DNA of 64,000 nucleotides from Vairimorpha necatrix (Eukaryota): NCBI GenBank assembly GCA_036630325.1, contig CP142727.1, positions 992,001 to 1,056,000 of the forward strand, read 5' to 3'. Shown piece by piece: positions 63,633 to 64,000 of this stretch (position 1 is its first letter; each line of letters starts with the position of its first letter). The notes under the pieces were generated by a model. It saw only the letters and a program-made list of their open reading frames with translations, ran no database searches and was not told where the DNA came from. The position numbers and the translations under genes were made by a program.

Positions 63633-64000
63633 AAATAAAGTTCTTTTTATAGTGATCCAAGGGCAATACTAGTTATCTTATTAGATAATTGATTAAGGTC
63701 GCGATACGAAAGAAATAAAGAAATTATATCAATTATTTTGGTTTAAAAAAATAAAAAAAAATGAGCCTTTTGTCAAGTTTTACTTTTTATTGTTGTAAAA
63801 GCGCTTTATTTTATTTTCGTCCTCTTCTCTTTGCATATGATGGGGTTAGATATTATTAAAATGTATAGAAATGATCAAGCATTGAAAGTGCTTTGTTAGA
63901 GCGCAAGGAACTACAATAATTATATTATATTATTTTTTATGATTTTTTTTTGATATAATTTACATATTGAAAATTGCGTTTAATGTATTTTTTTATTAGC

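Larger units (their letters stand above)
61583..63800 (+). mobile_element. Ginger G1, second and more decayed copy; right end not seen
   Basis: TIR TGTCGCG..GAGCGACCGCGCCCAGTGCG at 61583; collinear with the reverse complement of 4560-6131 (MKEVKD.VEYDRL). Confidence 0.88.

Overview
Very AT-rich, intron-poor eukaryotic DNA. It is most likely a microsporidian with an expanded, TE-rich genome; this is inferred from CCC/GGG motifs just upstream of most start codons and from the Merlin/Ty3-Gypsy/Ginger/MULE element mix. About 1-44 kb and 58-64 kb are nested transposons: five full-length Ty3/Gypsy elements, one internally deleted LTR element, four Ginger-type integrase DNA transposon copies, about ten Merlin (IS1016/ISXO2-like) copies, one MULE and about a dozen short TG...CA solo-LTR-like inserts with 5-bp TSDs. 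Host genes are sparse: a signal-peptide ORF (36 kb), a C-terminal-half-only insulinase/M16A (44-45 kb), a three-member secreted family (two intact, one pseudogene) and a decayed 76-aa-repeat gene (1.4-3.4 kb). Main result: four Gypsy elements have ultra-short LTRs (38, 49, ~57, ~64 bp) that each hold a CCC-type motif, a poly(A)-signal-like hexamer and the gag start codon. Two of them are ~3.1-kb elements with no aspartic protease. Two different Ginger families also carry outward-facing tRNA-derived (Pol III box) modules. All alignments were done by eye; no database searches were run.
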